DNA from: Eremomyces bilateralis CBS 781.70
Lineage: Eukaryota
Assembly: GCA_010015585.1 (NCBI GenBank)
Contig: ML975161.1
Reading direction: 5' to 3' (one strand)
Length of the DNA: 64,000 nt
This document shows positions 27,431 to 39,174 of this stretch, one piece after another (position 1 is the stretch's first letter; every line of letters starts with the position of its first letter). Below the pieces are notes generated by a model, which was not told the origin of the DNA, did no database searches, and was given only the letters and a program-made list of their open reading frames with translations. The translations under genes were made by a program, and so were the position numbers.

Positions 27431-28044
27431 TTCCGTTTAGGCGGTCCAGAAGATGGGGAAAATGGTAGCAAGGAACGATTAAAGAGAGCACGCACGGCCA
27501 AATGCGAAAGTGAACCGCGAAAAGCGAATAGCGAAAACTCAGGAAGACAGGCAAGTGCCGATGCCTTTGGGGATACGACCGCAGAGATTGGCGACTGTCA
27601 TCGCTAACGGAATGAGTCGTCTCTTTCGTGTTTTCCTTCCTTTCGATGTCCCGCTCGATCAATGCAAACTCTGTTGAAGCTTGTCCGGCGATGAAAGAGA
27701 GTGATGCAGACCACGCAACCCCGGTCCTCAGTGCATGTCACGAAATCCGTGCCCGTTCGACACCACAGGAAGTGTCAAGCAAGGAGGGGACAAGCGAATC
27801 CTGACGCACGGGAGGGTGTCGGACGCAGTGGAGGATGGCGACGCCGGGATCGTTTCGTCGTGGAGAAGCCAACACGACGCCAACCCAGTGATGCAGGTAA
27901 TACAGGAACAGGCGGCCGCTCCTGGGGATGGACGAGGAATGAGAGAGGATATGAAACGGAAGGTCAAAGGTGGCAACAGAGGCAGCGAAAGGGTCGATGG
28001 AGAAAGAGGCGGTATAAGGAATGGAGAGGAGAGGTTCTTTGCAC

Positions 28045-28072
28045 TTGCAGGTTGCAGGTTGCAGGTTGCAGG
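28045..28072 (+). repeat. 7-bp tandem repeat (TTGCAGG) x4 upstream of OGT
   Basis: ttgcagg ttgcagg ttgcagg ttgcagg. Confidence 0.9.
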
Positions 28073-31000
28073 GCTTTGGTGTAACACGGGTAATGAAGAT
28101 TGTGGATATGGGTACAGTAGGAATTAATATGGACTATCAACAATGGAGGTTTGGAAGTAGATGGCTTGTCGCAGCGGCGGGAGGGCGTGCGGGCGCTATG
28201 GGGTGGATAACTGGATATCGTTAAGTCACACAACCGGACGGGTGAGGACGAGACTATGAGTCTATGGGAGATAGTCTTCGATATCTCGTCTCCGATAAGT
28301 GATGGATAACTCCCAAACGGAGACGATGGTTGATGTTGAAGCGTTTGAAGTTGCTCTGTACGACGACCACGACCAAACGACCTCTCCAGCTCCTGTACGC
28401 TTGCCCATTTCTTAATCCGTCGTGTCCTTGCTGGCGACCGGGCACCCGGAGATCCCCAAGCCTCTCTCGCCTCCCTGCAGCTTGGGGAGGGATAGCGGAT
28501 CATCCACCCACCATCATCATTGGTAGAGTTGGTGGTGCAAGGGGTGCGAGAGAGCGAGGTGTGGGCTGTGCTGGAGCGGTTTAGCCTACCGTTAGCTTCC
28601 AGCCACGCTCTGCCCTCTTGATTTCTCCTGGTTTGCCGGCTGGATAAAGAATGGAGATGCTGCAGTCGACGGAAATGGATATGATGAGCCAGGAATTGTT
28701 CGGAGGTATCCAGTGGGATGGTTCCGGAGGGGGGATTTTCAATATCAATGGTGCCATCCGCCGCTATTCCAAGCATTCCTTCGCATCACGACAACCGCCG
28801 TATAAGACCACAGCTCTATCAAGGACATCGATGTACCGCTGCCTACCTTACCTATCACCGCAATCTCCCTCTTCTTTCTTAATACCCCCCCTCCACCTCC
28901 CCTCCTTTATCCCTGGTCCTTTAGCCTCTCATCGACCACCTCGTAAGATCCGTCATCAACCTCACCCCAATCCCCTAATCCCCCAAGCTCCCCTCGCAGG
29001 CCCCCTCATCAAATCCCAGCCCATGGCGTCCCCCACCGCCCTCACTGGCTCGCTCTCCGAACAAGGCGTCCTCCATCATCCATTCGCCCTGGACTGACCC
29101 GACCACTTACCAGACCCAGCCGAAGCCCACCAATCGAGTCACCCATCGACGCGCAATCCACTCTGTAATCTCTAAATCTGCTCATTCATGATTCATCCCA
29201 CTTCGTGAACATCGAACGAGCACAGGTCCACTTGCGTCGCTAACTTAGCCCGATCGTGGCCCTACCGCCTACTGGGGGTCGCCGGTGGTCAGTGCCTCAC
29301 TGGTAACTGGTGACTCTTCCGGCCATCCCGCTAACATCAGCTCCTTCGCTTCCGATGCTAGTGAGATTTCGGGGCCCGGTTAAAGCCCGGATTGGCGGGA
29401 GCTACGGGGAGCGCAAGGAATTAAGATGAATGGTCGCGTTGGATTTCGTATATTTGGAGCGGATCGACGGAGATTGATCCTGGATGGCGGGATGATGGAT
29501 TGAAGGATTGGATAGTTCGTTATTAATATTGCTGAATCTTGGACGTCCAGTCCCACTTCCCAGCAATGAGCCAACGCTCCAGAAGACACAGTGATGGCAT
29601 TTGGCAAGATCAAGCGTCAGACGAGATGAGATGAGGGCTGATACGCGCCTCTGCTTCGTCAACTCCGCTCCGACCGTGCCGCAAAAATGCCCCCGGTCAA
29701 TCGACCCTACACCGTCCCCAAACCACCGCCGATCGGCATCTGGTGCGTGATATTCGTGCGACGAAACCGCCATTCACCTACCTAATCCTGTCGATTCCGC
29801 TCCAGGAGTGTTTCCAGCGATGTCGAATGGATCAAGACAAATGGCATGTCACATGATTTCCTGAGGACTTCTTGGTCAACAGCTGCAGTGCTGCAGAGGC
29901 GTTGCGGCATCGAGGGTCTTGCGATGCGGAGTCGAGGGTCTTGCGATGCGTTGAGCGCCGTCTCAGATTCGAGGATGATGACGATGGGTGCCTGGCGACT
30001 TGGCGAGCATGGCACTGCCGCTAAGACATCCCTTGATCGCTAATTATACTGCAGCCTGCAACATGACGATCGCTCTCCATTTCCCATCCGTGTTTCCCCA
30101 TGCTAGGTGAGTAGGTGACATATCAACTCGTGTCCACATTCTTATGAGTTAGGTAGATAGATCATCCACATATTTCCTCATCATCAACGGAGGTCGTCTG
30201 CTCATCACAATCACGGGTAACGATGGAAGGGTGCCTGGTCGGTGTCACCCATCTCGGGACGGAATCGGTCGCCTGCGATACACGATGGGTGAGTACTTAC
30301 CGTCGTGCTACCGATTCCTGCAAGGAAACTCCGAGGAAGGCGGAGGTGTGCGTGTCAGTGTCAAGACATGCGGTGGTGCTGTGTTGATGGATTTGAGTTT
30401 GGGGTTGCTTATGGCATCGCATTGCAGCTGCGCTAGAGCCGTGGGTTGCTACACTACGATTCCTCTGCTCAGGGCTGACTACAGCGTTAAACTTCACTGC
30501 AGGCGGGAGCCTCATCAGTCATCACATTCAGCAGAAACGCGGTGGATATCCGTACGACCCGAGCGCGAGCGGAGGATCAATCACAAGCACAAAATAGAAA
30601 GAAGGACATGTAGCCTTTGGATGGACCGAGTCACCCATCTTCCCTCTGGAAGGATGAGCCGGTGAAGTAATGGCACGATTTCTCTCCTTTGCACCAAAAT
30701 AGGCCTTCACCACGGGTATGTCTGCAAGCAGATCAGGTAAGGGCCAGAGTGTTGGCAAAGGGTTTTATGTGTTTGTTGGTATCATCTTTCTTTCCTGTTG
30801 GGAAGAAGCTCGCCGATCGGCGAGGGAGGATGTCATGTTCTGATCTAGAGCGATCGAGAGTTGGAATCGTAGACGATGGTGGATGGGATGAGGGATTGGG
30901 TCAGTTGTTTCCGAGTACCGTACCGATGTTGGCAGTCAATGGCATGGAGGAAGTTAACGAGAGATTGTCATCGTTCCATCAATCATGATGAGGAGCGATG

Positions 31001-31596
31001 ACACTTTCGAAACATTGAGGACCATATTTGGCTGGTGTTCAGAAGCCTAGTAGTCAAGTGACTTGAAGGATGAAGTTGTGAGGGTTGGATGTTGAGAAGA
31101 AAAGCGACAATTTAAAGCAACAGAAATTTTCTAGCGTCTCCAGCCATCACGTGATATTAAGGTGTTCAGCCACAGGGTGTGGCTTGGTAAACAGACCCTG
31201 ATCACGTGCCATCCATCAACATTGTTCCAGGCCGGAAACATCCATAAACGTCGAAGCTGCAGGGGGGAAGTTTATTGAGGGAAGTCGGACATCTGGCTTC
31301 TCAAGAATTATTAATTCCAGCATCTGAATCTACTGCGCTTGACCCTCTCCCAGTGAAGCGCAATAAGTGATTTCGATCCCTCCGCTGGCTATCCGGCATA
31401 CAATTCCAATGTCATAATCCTTCATCGTTGAAGTTCCCTGTCCTTCTCGAAAATCAATCCACCGGAGCATATCTAAGACGACATCGTCTATTCCCCCTAC
31501 ATCATCTCCAGTCGACCCTTCGATTGACCTCTCTCGGTCTCCAATCCTCTCTCGACCATCCAACACATATCAACCGAATTTCCGCCCTCCGCAACC

Positions 31597-32909
31597 ATGA
31601 ACGGCATCCCCCCCATCGCCCCCGGGCAACAGCCCACCCCCGAACAAATCGCTGCCATCCAACGCCAACTCGCCGAAGAAGCCCGCAAGCACAACATGAC
31701 GGTCCCGCAGTACGTCGAGAAGTTGAAAGCCGAAGCCATGCGCCAGCACCAGATGCAGCAGGCCCAGCAACAGCAGCAGGCCCAGCAGCAGGGGGGCCAT
31801 CAGCACGGCCCGAATTGTAATCATGACCATGATGGGCATACGCATGGAGGACCGCAGCAGATTCCGATCAATGAGGGGCCGCCGAAGCCGGAGGCGTTGG
31901 CGGTGGCTAAGTGGTTGAAGGGGCAGGATTTGAAGGAGCGGGCGTGTGTATTCGGGGAGAAAAGGAAGGATATGTTCCGAGGTATGTTCTGCATTTCCGC
32001 ACACCTAACCTAACCAACAACATACCTTCCTATGGAGAATTTGAAAGTCATCCGCTAACTCCCCCAGTCAAACGCGCCCTCCGTGCCCTCCAATCCCCCA
32101 CCTACACCCAAGCCCGCGCCAAAAACCCCCTCCTCCCCCCGGTCACCGACCGCGCGTCCGCCGAAAACGCCTTCAAGCTCCTCCCCGTCTCCCTCCTCGC
32201 CCTCCGCGTCACGAAAGTCGAGTCCCCGGACGACTCCAAGAAGAAGCGTACCAAAGGCCTCTGGACGGTCAAGATCGAACAGCAACAGGAGACGCACGAC
32301 GACTGCCACTATATGTGGCTGTACGAGGGGAGCCAGGTGCGGCAGAAGTTGATGGCGGCGGGGGCGTTGGCGGCAGTCGTGACAGTGGTGATGTTCCCAC
32401 TGTGGCCGGTGAAGTTAAGGCAGGGGGTGTGGTATCTCAGCATGGGCATGCTCGGTCTCATCGGGCTGTTCTTCGCCATGGCGATCGTTCGACTTATCTT
32501 GTTCTGCATCACCGTCTTCGTGACACCGCCGGGGCTCTGGCTGTTCCCTAATCTCTTTGAAGACGTCGGGTTCATCGACAGCTTTATCCCGTTCTGGGCG
32601 TGGCAGGAGGTACGTTTCCCTTCCCCATTTCCCCCTTGCCACCCATTCATCAACTAACCTCTCCAAAATCAGACCCCTGAAGACAAACAACGCGCCTCCC
32701 AAGCCAAGAAAGACAAGCGCCTGAAACGCCGCGCCGCGCAGGAAGGGAAATCCGCCCCTACCAGCACTGCCGCCGGCACTTCCCCCACTCCCGTCTCCGC
32801 TGCGCCGACGCCGGCGGCGGGTACCGTGGCTAGTGGCGCGGAGAAGAGTGGAGCGGGGCAGGCAACGAGGAGGGCGTTGCATGCGAGTGTGGAGGAGGAT
32901 GAAGGGTAG
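31597..32909 (+). CDS. SEC62: ER translocation protein Sec62; exons 31597-31981, 32069-32609, 32673-32909
   Basis: EALAVAKWLKGQDLKER...KRKDMFR|VKRALRALQSP, KGLWTVKIEQQQE, YMWLYEG, two TM segments with MFPLWP, and PPGLWLFPNLFEDVGFIDSFIPFWAW. GT-AG introns with CTAAC branch sites. Lys-rich/acidic tail ends HASVEEDEG*. Confidence 0.95.
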
Positions 32910-33592
32910 GGAGAGAGGGGTGTTATTTTTGGGGTGCGTGGAGGGTGTATTCTTACGGATCTGGTGATATTCGGGACAGTGCGGCGCTGCATATCATCAT
33001 CCTGGCGTTCGTGTTCGAGCGTGCTGTGCGGCTGAGAGACGGTTAGAGAGGGAGAATGCATGCTGTATTGTACACCGGAACTGCTAGCAATGGACACGTT
33101 ATTTTTAGTGGTTTCTTTGTTTGATGCGTGTTGTTCGAGGATAGACATGTATCGTAGGCTGATGATACCACATCGACGATACGCGTACTAAGTGCCATCC
33201 TCTTCGTGCTTACGGCTTGCTATCCACCGTCATTGATTTTCTCATCCCTAGCGCGCCATGATTGGGTTCCGCTGCTCCTCCCTCTCACTCCCAAAGCGGA
33301 CCCCCTGAATTCGCGTCGACCGTCTGGCGTGAAGAAGTTCCAAGTATTGCATTTCCAACATCTCACCAAGCAGACAATTGAGTGATATCAAGAAACTTCG
33401 TTTTAAGTAAGGTAAGTATTATTCTATTCGCACTGAAACCCGATCCTCATATCTCATCCCATCTATGCGCAGGCGACCCCGCCGGCACAAAAACCCGTTC
33501 TAAAGACCCCCAAAAGCAAACTCCGAACCCCTTCCCATGAATATCTAACGCTCAATGGTATCATCCCCTCTCATCCCCCTATCATCTCATCC

Positions 33593-33889
33593 TTAAGCCT
33601 GCGGCTTAAACGTCCCCTTCCCCGCAAAGCTCCCCTGCCGACTCTCGACCGGGCTATACGTCCCGGCACCGTAGTAGGTCATATACGCCTCATTGACGCT
33701 ATGATGATGCTCGCGGGCTTTGCGGGCGACGGTCTTCAACGCGGATTTGAGGGAGGAGGTGGACTTGGTGGAAGCGGCAAGAGTTGGGGTCGAGGTGCCG
33801 GTGGAGGGTTGGGAGGTGGAGGGGAAGGTAGCGGTTCTGTGGTCCATAGCGTCGGGCCGGGAAAGGTATTGGAGGGTGACGGATTCCAT
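33593..33889 (-). CDS. Small (98 aa) hypothetical protein with a KAREHHHSVNEAYMTYYGAG motif
   Basis: Good ATG context (CGCAATGG), C-ending codon bias, an A/C-rich leader and TATAAA at 34116-34111. The EHH.SVN.AY..YYG motif resembles a family of small ascomycete hypothetical proteins (from memory). Confidence 0.7.
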   Translation of the reverse strand: MESVTLQYLSRPDAMDHRTATFPSTSQPSTGTSTPTLAASTKSTSSLKSALKTVARKAREHHHSVNEAYMTYYGAGTYSPVESRQGSFAGKGTFKPQA

Positions 33890-34110
33890 TGCGAGTTTGG
33901 TTGGTTGGTTTTGTTTTAGGTGATGGTGAGGTTGGCGGAGGTAGTTGTGTTGTGGTGGTTGATGAAGGCTTGATATAAGACTTGATAGACTTTAATAGAC
34001 TGGTAGTCTTTGAGGATTGATTGATTGGTGCGATGCTTTGATGCTTTGATGCTCTGATAAACTGATGCTCTGGAGTATTCCCCTACCTTTCGCCGACTTC
34101 TTCGGCCCTC

Positions 34111-34116
34111 TTTATA
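34111..34116 (-). promoter_or_regulatory. TATA box of the 98-aa gene
   Basis: AAGTATAAAG on the minus strand, ~220 nt upstream of the ATG, followed by a CA-rich leader typical of highly expressed fungal genes. Confidence 0.5.
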
Positions 34117-35604
34117 CTTTTCCGGATGTCCATCTGTCATGAAATATTCACGCCCTACAGAGCAGCACGTATGACACCACGTCCATGCGTTGCTGGGTCG
34201 TGACTCAAAAAATCTAGTCTCGGCATAAATTATTAAGGTGGACCCTTCACCCTGCGCATCCATGGCGCATCAGGTACTGCGAAACGGCTGAAATGCTGAA
34301 AACGGTGGTGAAAATCACATTGGTCAGCGGCGAATTCACGATGTTGGGCGGTGATGGGACCGGGGGGGGTTGTCATTGATTGAGTGCGAAGGGCGTGATT
34401 GTTCATGTAAGCAGGTTGACATAAAGAGAGGTGATTGGTGGATTGGTGACAGGGAGGGTGTCATGTTGCAGATGGACCAGTGAAGTCTCGGAGTGACGCC
34501 GCTTTGTCAGGAATCGCTCGTAGGGGACGCTACTTGCCGCTTAGATTCCACCAAAACACGCCCTTGATTTGGACATTTGCTCTTCGGTGGAGCGCATGTA
34601 GCTTGGATATACGTGCTCGTGTTGGCTGCAAGCGTGAAACGGTGTCTTAATAATGCCATACAATTGGCAACGAGTGGGTCGGTGACAACGAAGGGCGTAT
34701 GTCGAACTCATAGAATGTTTAGGCACCCACGATGGACGCTAAGAGAGTCTACAATTCCATACAATTCAGCACTCTCACATCTAAATCCAGACTCCCTTCT
34801 CAACCGTTCCCTATCCCTAATTCTCCTTCCTCCACTCGGCTACCATCGCATGCAACAACAGAATTCGACTTCCACCTCAAATCAAACTCTTCCCAGTGAA
34901 AATTCCTCAATCTTGCGCACCCTTCCCTGTCCCTCCGCCAAGCATCGCGAGATCTATCTCCACTCGCCCTCAACCCATTCCCTCGCATACCATCGGCATG
35001 CAAATCTCTGCCTCACTTCCTAACGTTGGGAGATCCACTTCGCGGAAAAACATGGACGGGCGTCGATAGTTGGGTGGAGAGTGGAGATGGAGGCGACGAA
35101 TTTTTTGTTAGGGTGACATTTCTCTCGCGCGCAGGCGATTCGGGTCAACCTGGTTCGGTGCAACTGTGCAAGGCTTGGGAAATGGGAGCATCGTAATGTT
35201 GGGAGTTGGGAGAAATGGATTTCTCTAGGTTCCTCTTGGACCGAGTAACTTGACGATGGGCCGCTTCTGATGTTCTGAACGGGCCGCGCCGTCACGTCTT
35301 TCTGCCTTGATGCCCTGGTGCCTACCTATGTTGATGCCTTCACGCCTTGTTGCCTTTTGGAGTTTCCTTGCTGCCTCACTGCCTTGGTCGCGTCTCCCGC
35401 GTGTCCCATTGATATCAACGTGGACTTGATGATTTCAAGGCTTCCAAAATCCTATCACTAGAACCGTAACCACCACAACTCCATACGCCAAGGACCAAGG
35501 CAATTCGAACCAGGGCCACCCAAAACTTTCTCCATCCTTGACCCCAGAATGAGCAACGCCCGAGACCCTATAACCGAACCCCGAGATTCTCGCGAGCTCA
35601 TGCT

Positions 35605-38456
35605 ATGCCGTCCCTGGGCTCCGATCGGCCGTTAGGCTGGCCGTCGCGATCACACGAGCGATGGCGTCGTGGAAGGAAGAAAGGAGAAAACGAGGTGGCT
35701 ACCGACCAAGCGTGGGGCGACGACGTTTTCGAACTGCGCGATCCGTTCGCGGGGTCGCGGTTGTATGCGCCGGTGGAGGTGGAGGAGGGGGGGTTGTTTA
35801 CGTTGCCGGAGTTTGATGGTAGGATGCCTAGTTGCGCGTCGAGATGTTGGGAGAGTTGGGTGCTGATATGAGTGCTGTAGTCACCACTATCAAATTCAAC
35901 CATCCGTATGCGTCGCCTCACCCGATCCTCGACGATCTCCACCTTCCCGACCTCGACGCCTTCGAATACGGCCCGCTACCTCCTCTCGAACCCGCAGAAG
36001 GCTCGCTGATCTCTTCTCCTGAATCCTCACGCCCCCCAACCGACGCCGAAAACTCCGACATCTGGTCCCTCTCCTCCCTCGACCTCCCCACTCCCCCACC
36101 CCAAACCTTCTCTTGGACCCACTTCCTCCACCCTACCTCCCCCCTCCCCGCTCTATACCTCTCCGAATCCCCTTCGCTCTTCGACTCCGCCCTGCTCGCT
36201 CACTCCCGCGCACGAGACACTCCACCCGGCACCGTCATCCAGCACGGCCTATTCTTCCGTTCGCTCATCGCGCTGGGGCTCGGCCAGGCGTCCGCGCTGT
36301 TCCACTTCGATGAGCACGCACAGGAATTCGTGCCGATGGTGAAGGATGGGAGGATTCCTGGGTGTAGTCGGGAGAGTTCGGCGGGGTTGGTGGGGAGGTT
36401 GGCGGGGTGCGGGGGCGCGGTGAGGCGGTTAAGGGGGTTTGTAGAACGGATAGTGGAGGGTGTGGATGGGGCGGCGGGGATGGTGGCGTTGGGGACGGTG
36501 GTAAGAGAGGTGGTGGAGGGGGCGGAGGGGGAAGTGGGGGGACGGGTTGGGGGGGTGAGGAGCGCGGTGCAGTTGCAGGCGGTGTTTGAGTGGCCTGGGA
36601 GAGTTCTGGCCGAAGTGGAGAAGTTGGTGGGGAGGTTAGATGATGGAGGGGTGGTGGATGATGCGGAGATGTGTGGGAGGGTTTATGAGGTATTGGTGGA
36701 GGGGGAGGGGCAGATGGAGTGGATGCGGCCGTTGGTGTTGGAGATTGCGAGGAGGGTGTGTGCACCGTTTTTGGACGGGGTGGCGCGGTGGATTGGCTTG
36801 AAGAGCGGGGATTTATCTGGTGTTCAGGCTTTCGACGACGTCTTCGACCCCGAGCGGATGCCAGGTTTCTTCGGCCGAGACGAGGCGCAGGCCATCATGG
36901 AGACGGGCCGGAATCTGCGAATTGTGCGCGCGAATCAACCAGATCATCCGTTGGTGAATCTCGCGCGCACGGGGATCGAGGCGCCGGAGGTGCGGTGGGC
37001 GTTTGAGTGGGATGACATTGAACGGATCACGCACAAGGCGAAGCGATACGAGGAAGACGTGAAGCGAGCCGTGACCCGCTGGTCGAAGAAGACTCCGAAC
37101 CCCAACCCCCCGGACGAGACCCCCCCGGCCGATCAGTCCGAACCCAGCGACCATCCATCATACGACGACGTCCTTACCTCCTCTATCACCCGCATGAACC
37201 ACCTTCCCACCCCCACTACCCCCCTCTCCCAACTCCTTCACCCCCTCCTCTCTACTCCCCTCCCCACCCCACCAACCATCCCCCCTCCCCTCCCCCTCAC
37301 ACCCCACCTCTCCCTCTCCCCCCTCCTCACCACCCAATCCACCCTCCTCTCCACATCCCTCCTCCACCTCCTCTTCCGTACCCACCTTGCCGCCCACCTC
37401 CGCCTCCAATTCTCCTACCACCTCCTCGGCTCCCCCCACTTCCGCACCGCCCTTACCTCCGCGCTATTCAACCCCGACCTCCCCTCCACCGAACGCCACC
37501 CCGGCGCACCGCGCATCGGAGATAAACTCGGCCTGAAGCTCGCCAGCAGAGGCGAGAAGACGTGGCCGCCCGCGAGCTCGGAGTTGCGGTTGGCGCTGAT
37601 GGGCATCTTGGGTGATAGCTATCTCGCCTCGTCGCCCCCCTTAAAAGGTCCTCCAAACCTCATCCACCACCTCTCTTTCTCCATCCGCACACTTCCCCCC
37701 ACCACCATCCCCCTCGTCCTCGACCCCAGCACGCTCTATGCCCTCGACTTCCTGCGCCTCGAATACCGTGCGCCGCCACCGATTGATGCGGTGTTGACGC
37801 CGGGGGCGCTAGAGCGGTATGACGAAGTGTTTCAGTTCTTGGTGCGCTTGGTACGGGTGGGGTATGTGGTGGAGCGGGTGCCATGGAGGGAGGGGGTGGG
37901 GTTGATGCGATGGAAGGCGAGGTGGTTTGTTGGGGTGTGTATAGGGCATTTTTGTGGGGATGTGGTGAGGGGGGGTTGGGATGCGTTTGAGGGGTTTTTA
38001 GGGGCGGTGGAGAAGCGGTTGGCGGACGAGGAGCAGACTTGTGGGGAGGGAGACGACTTCGGCGATGGACTCGGTCACGTCGGCGTCGAAACCGTCCACG
38101 ACCGCCACGAGCAATTCCTCGAGTCTGTCCTGTTCGGCTGCCTTCTCCGCAAACGCCAGCAGCAAGCTCGCGAGCGGCTCGAATCGCTCCTCAGCTACGT
38201 CCTCCAGTTCGCCGAGCTCTGTTGCGAAGACAACAATGGCACCGAGTCGGATGATTCAACCGCGAACAGAACATCCATGACTGTTGACGCGCTTCATCGG
38301 AGGTTCAGCGAAGGGCTGCGGGAGTTCATGGAGTTGTTGAGGGGGATGGTGGGAAGGCGGAGGAGGGTGGGGAGGGGAGGGGATGGGGCGGAGAAGGTGG
38401 AGGATGAGAGTGCCGAGCGGCTTTTGGTGAGGTTGGAGTCGGAGGGGGTATTATGA
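35605..38456 (+). CDS. Gamma-tubulin complex component, Spc97/Spc98 family, GCP6-like; exons 35605-35818 and 35881-38456
   Basis: Motifs SLIALGLGQASALFHFD, MPGFF...IMETGRNL, HLRLQFSYHLLGS, WPPASSELRLALMGIL, LSFSIR and ALDFLRLEY..P.PIDAVLTP..LERYD.VF.FL (GRIP domains of fungal GCP6). The intron GTAGGA...GCTGAT...TGTAG (35819-35880) joins the two ORFs in frame. The start codon is uncertain. Confidence 0.85.
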
Positions 38457-39174
38457 GTTATGATATGCTTGAGGGTTGTGATGGTGGGGATGATGGGGAT
38501 GATGGGGTGGGTAGATCAGGGAATAGGATGTCCATACATTGCTAGGAATTGATATGCAGATGCATAATGGTTGCTTATTCCTACTCAACCGAGTTTTCGG
38601 GTGTATCATCTTCTTGAGGTGGGATACCCGGTTGTCATACGACAGTAGTTACTCATCCAGCCTTCGCAGGTCTTCCTACCATCAGATGGGATGAGGCCGG
38701 TCAGCCGCCATAGCGCAGATGTCCGGGGTTATCGACATGCGCAGTGCTGCATTTTGGAACTTCATCGCTGAAATAATGTGGTGGCAGGTTGCTTGCATAA
38801 CTGAGGTTTCCATGCATGTATCTAGAGCGAAAGAAACGGATGACCTGGAGGCGTATCACAAAGAGTGTCGAGAACTCGCGAATGTTCCCTGCTACGCGAG
38901 AATGCCCCTGCAATACACCCCTTCGTTCAACAGTATCCCACCTCGTTCTTGGTGCTTTGTGCTATGGGATATAAAGGTCGAGTCTCAAGATCATTGCGAA
39001 CGCCATGGTGAGATGGCAGCGCTACAGCCACTACCATGGATACACTTTGCGAATATTGCCTGGAGATTCAACGAAGACTGACAGAATCGATGTACGGTGA
39101 ATGGAACTCTGTGTAGGTGGAATGGATGGAATGAGTAGGAAGAGCCACCGAACTAAGGACTGACAAGTAATTAG

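Noticed and set aside
23108..27607. Long overlapping or antisense ORFs over OGT (e.g. 23692..24504, 26645..27607), and likewise over IDH2, SEC5 and GCD1
   Set aside because: Shadow frames produced by high GC3 codon bias; no independent domain or start signals.
27964..29097. 270-aa (-) and 148-aa (+) ORFs upstream of OGT
   Set aside because: Low-complexity, no recognisable domain or codon bias; more likely UTR or promoter sequence.
31221..31290. GGCCGGAAACATCC... segment resembling a pogo-type terminus
   Set aside because: No partner inverted repeat or target-site duplication found in the window.
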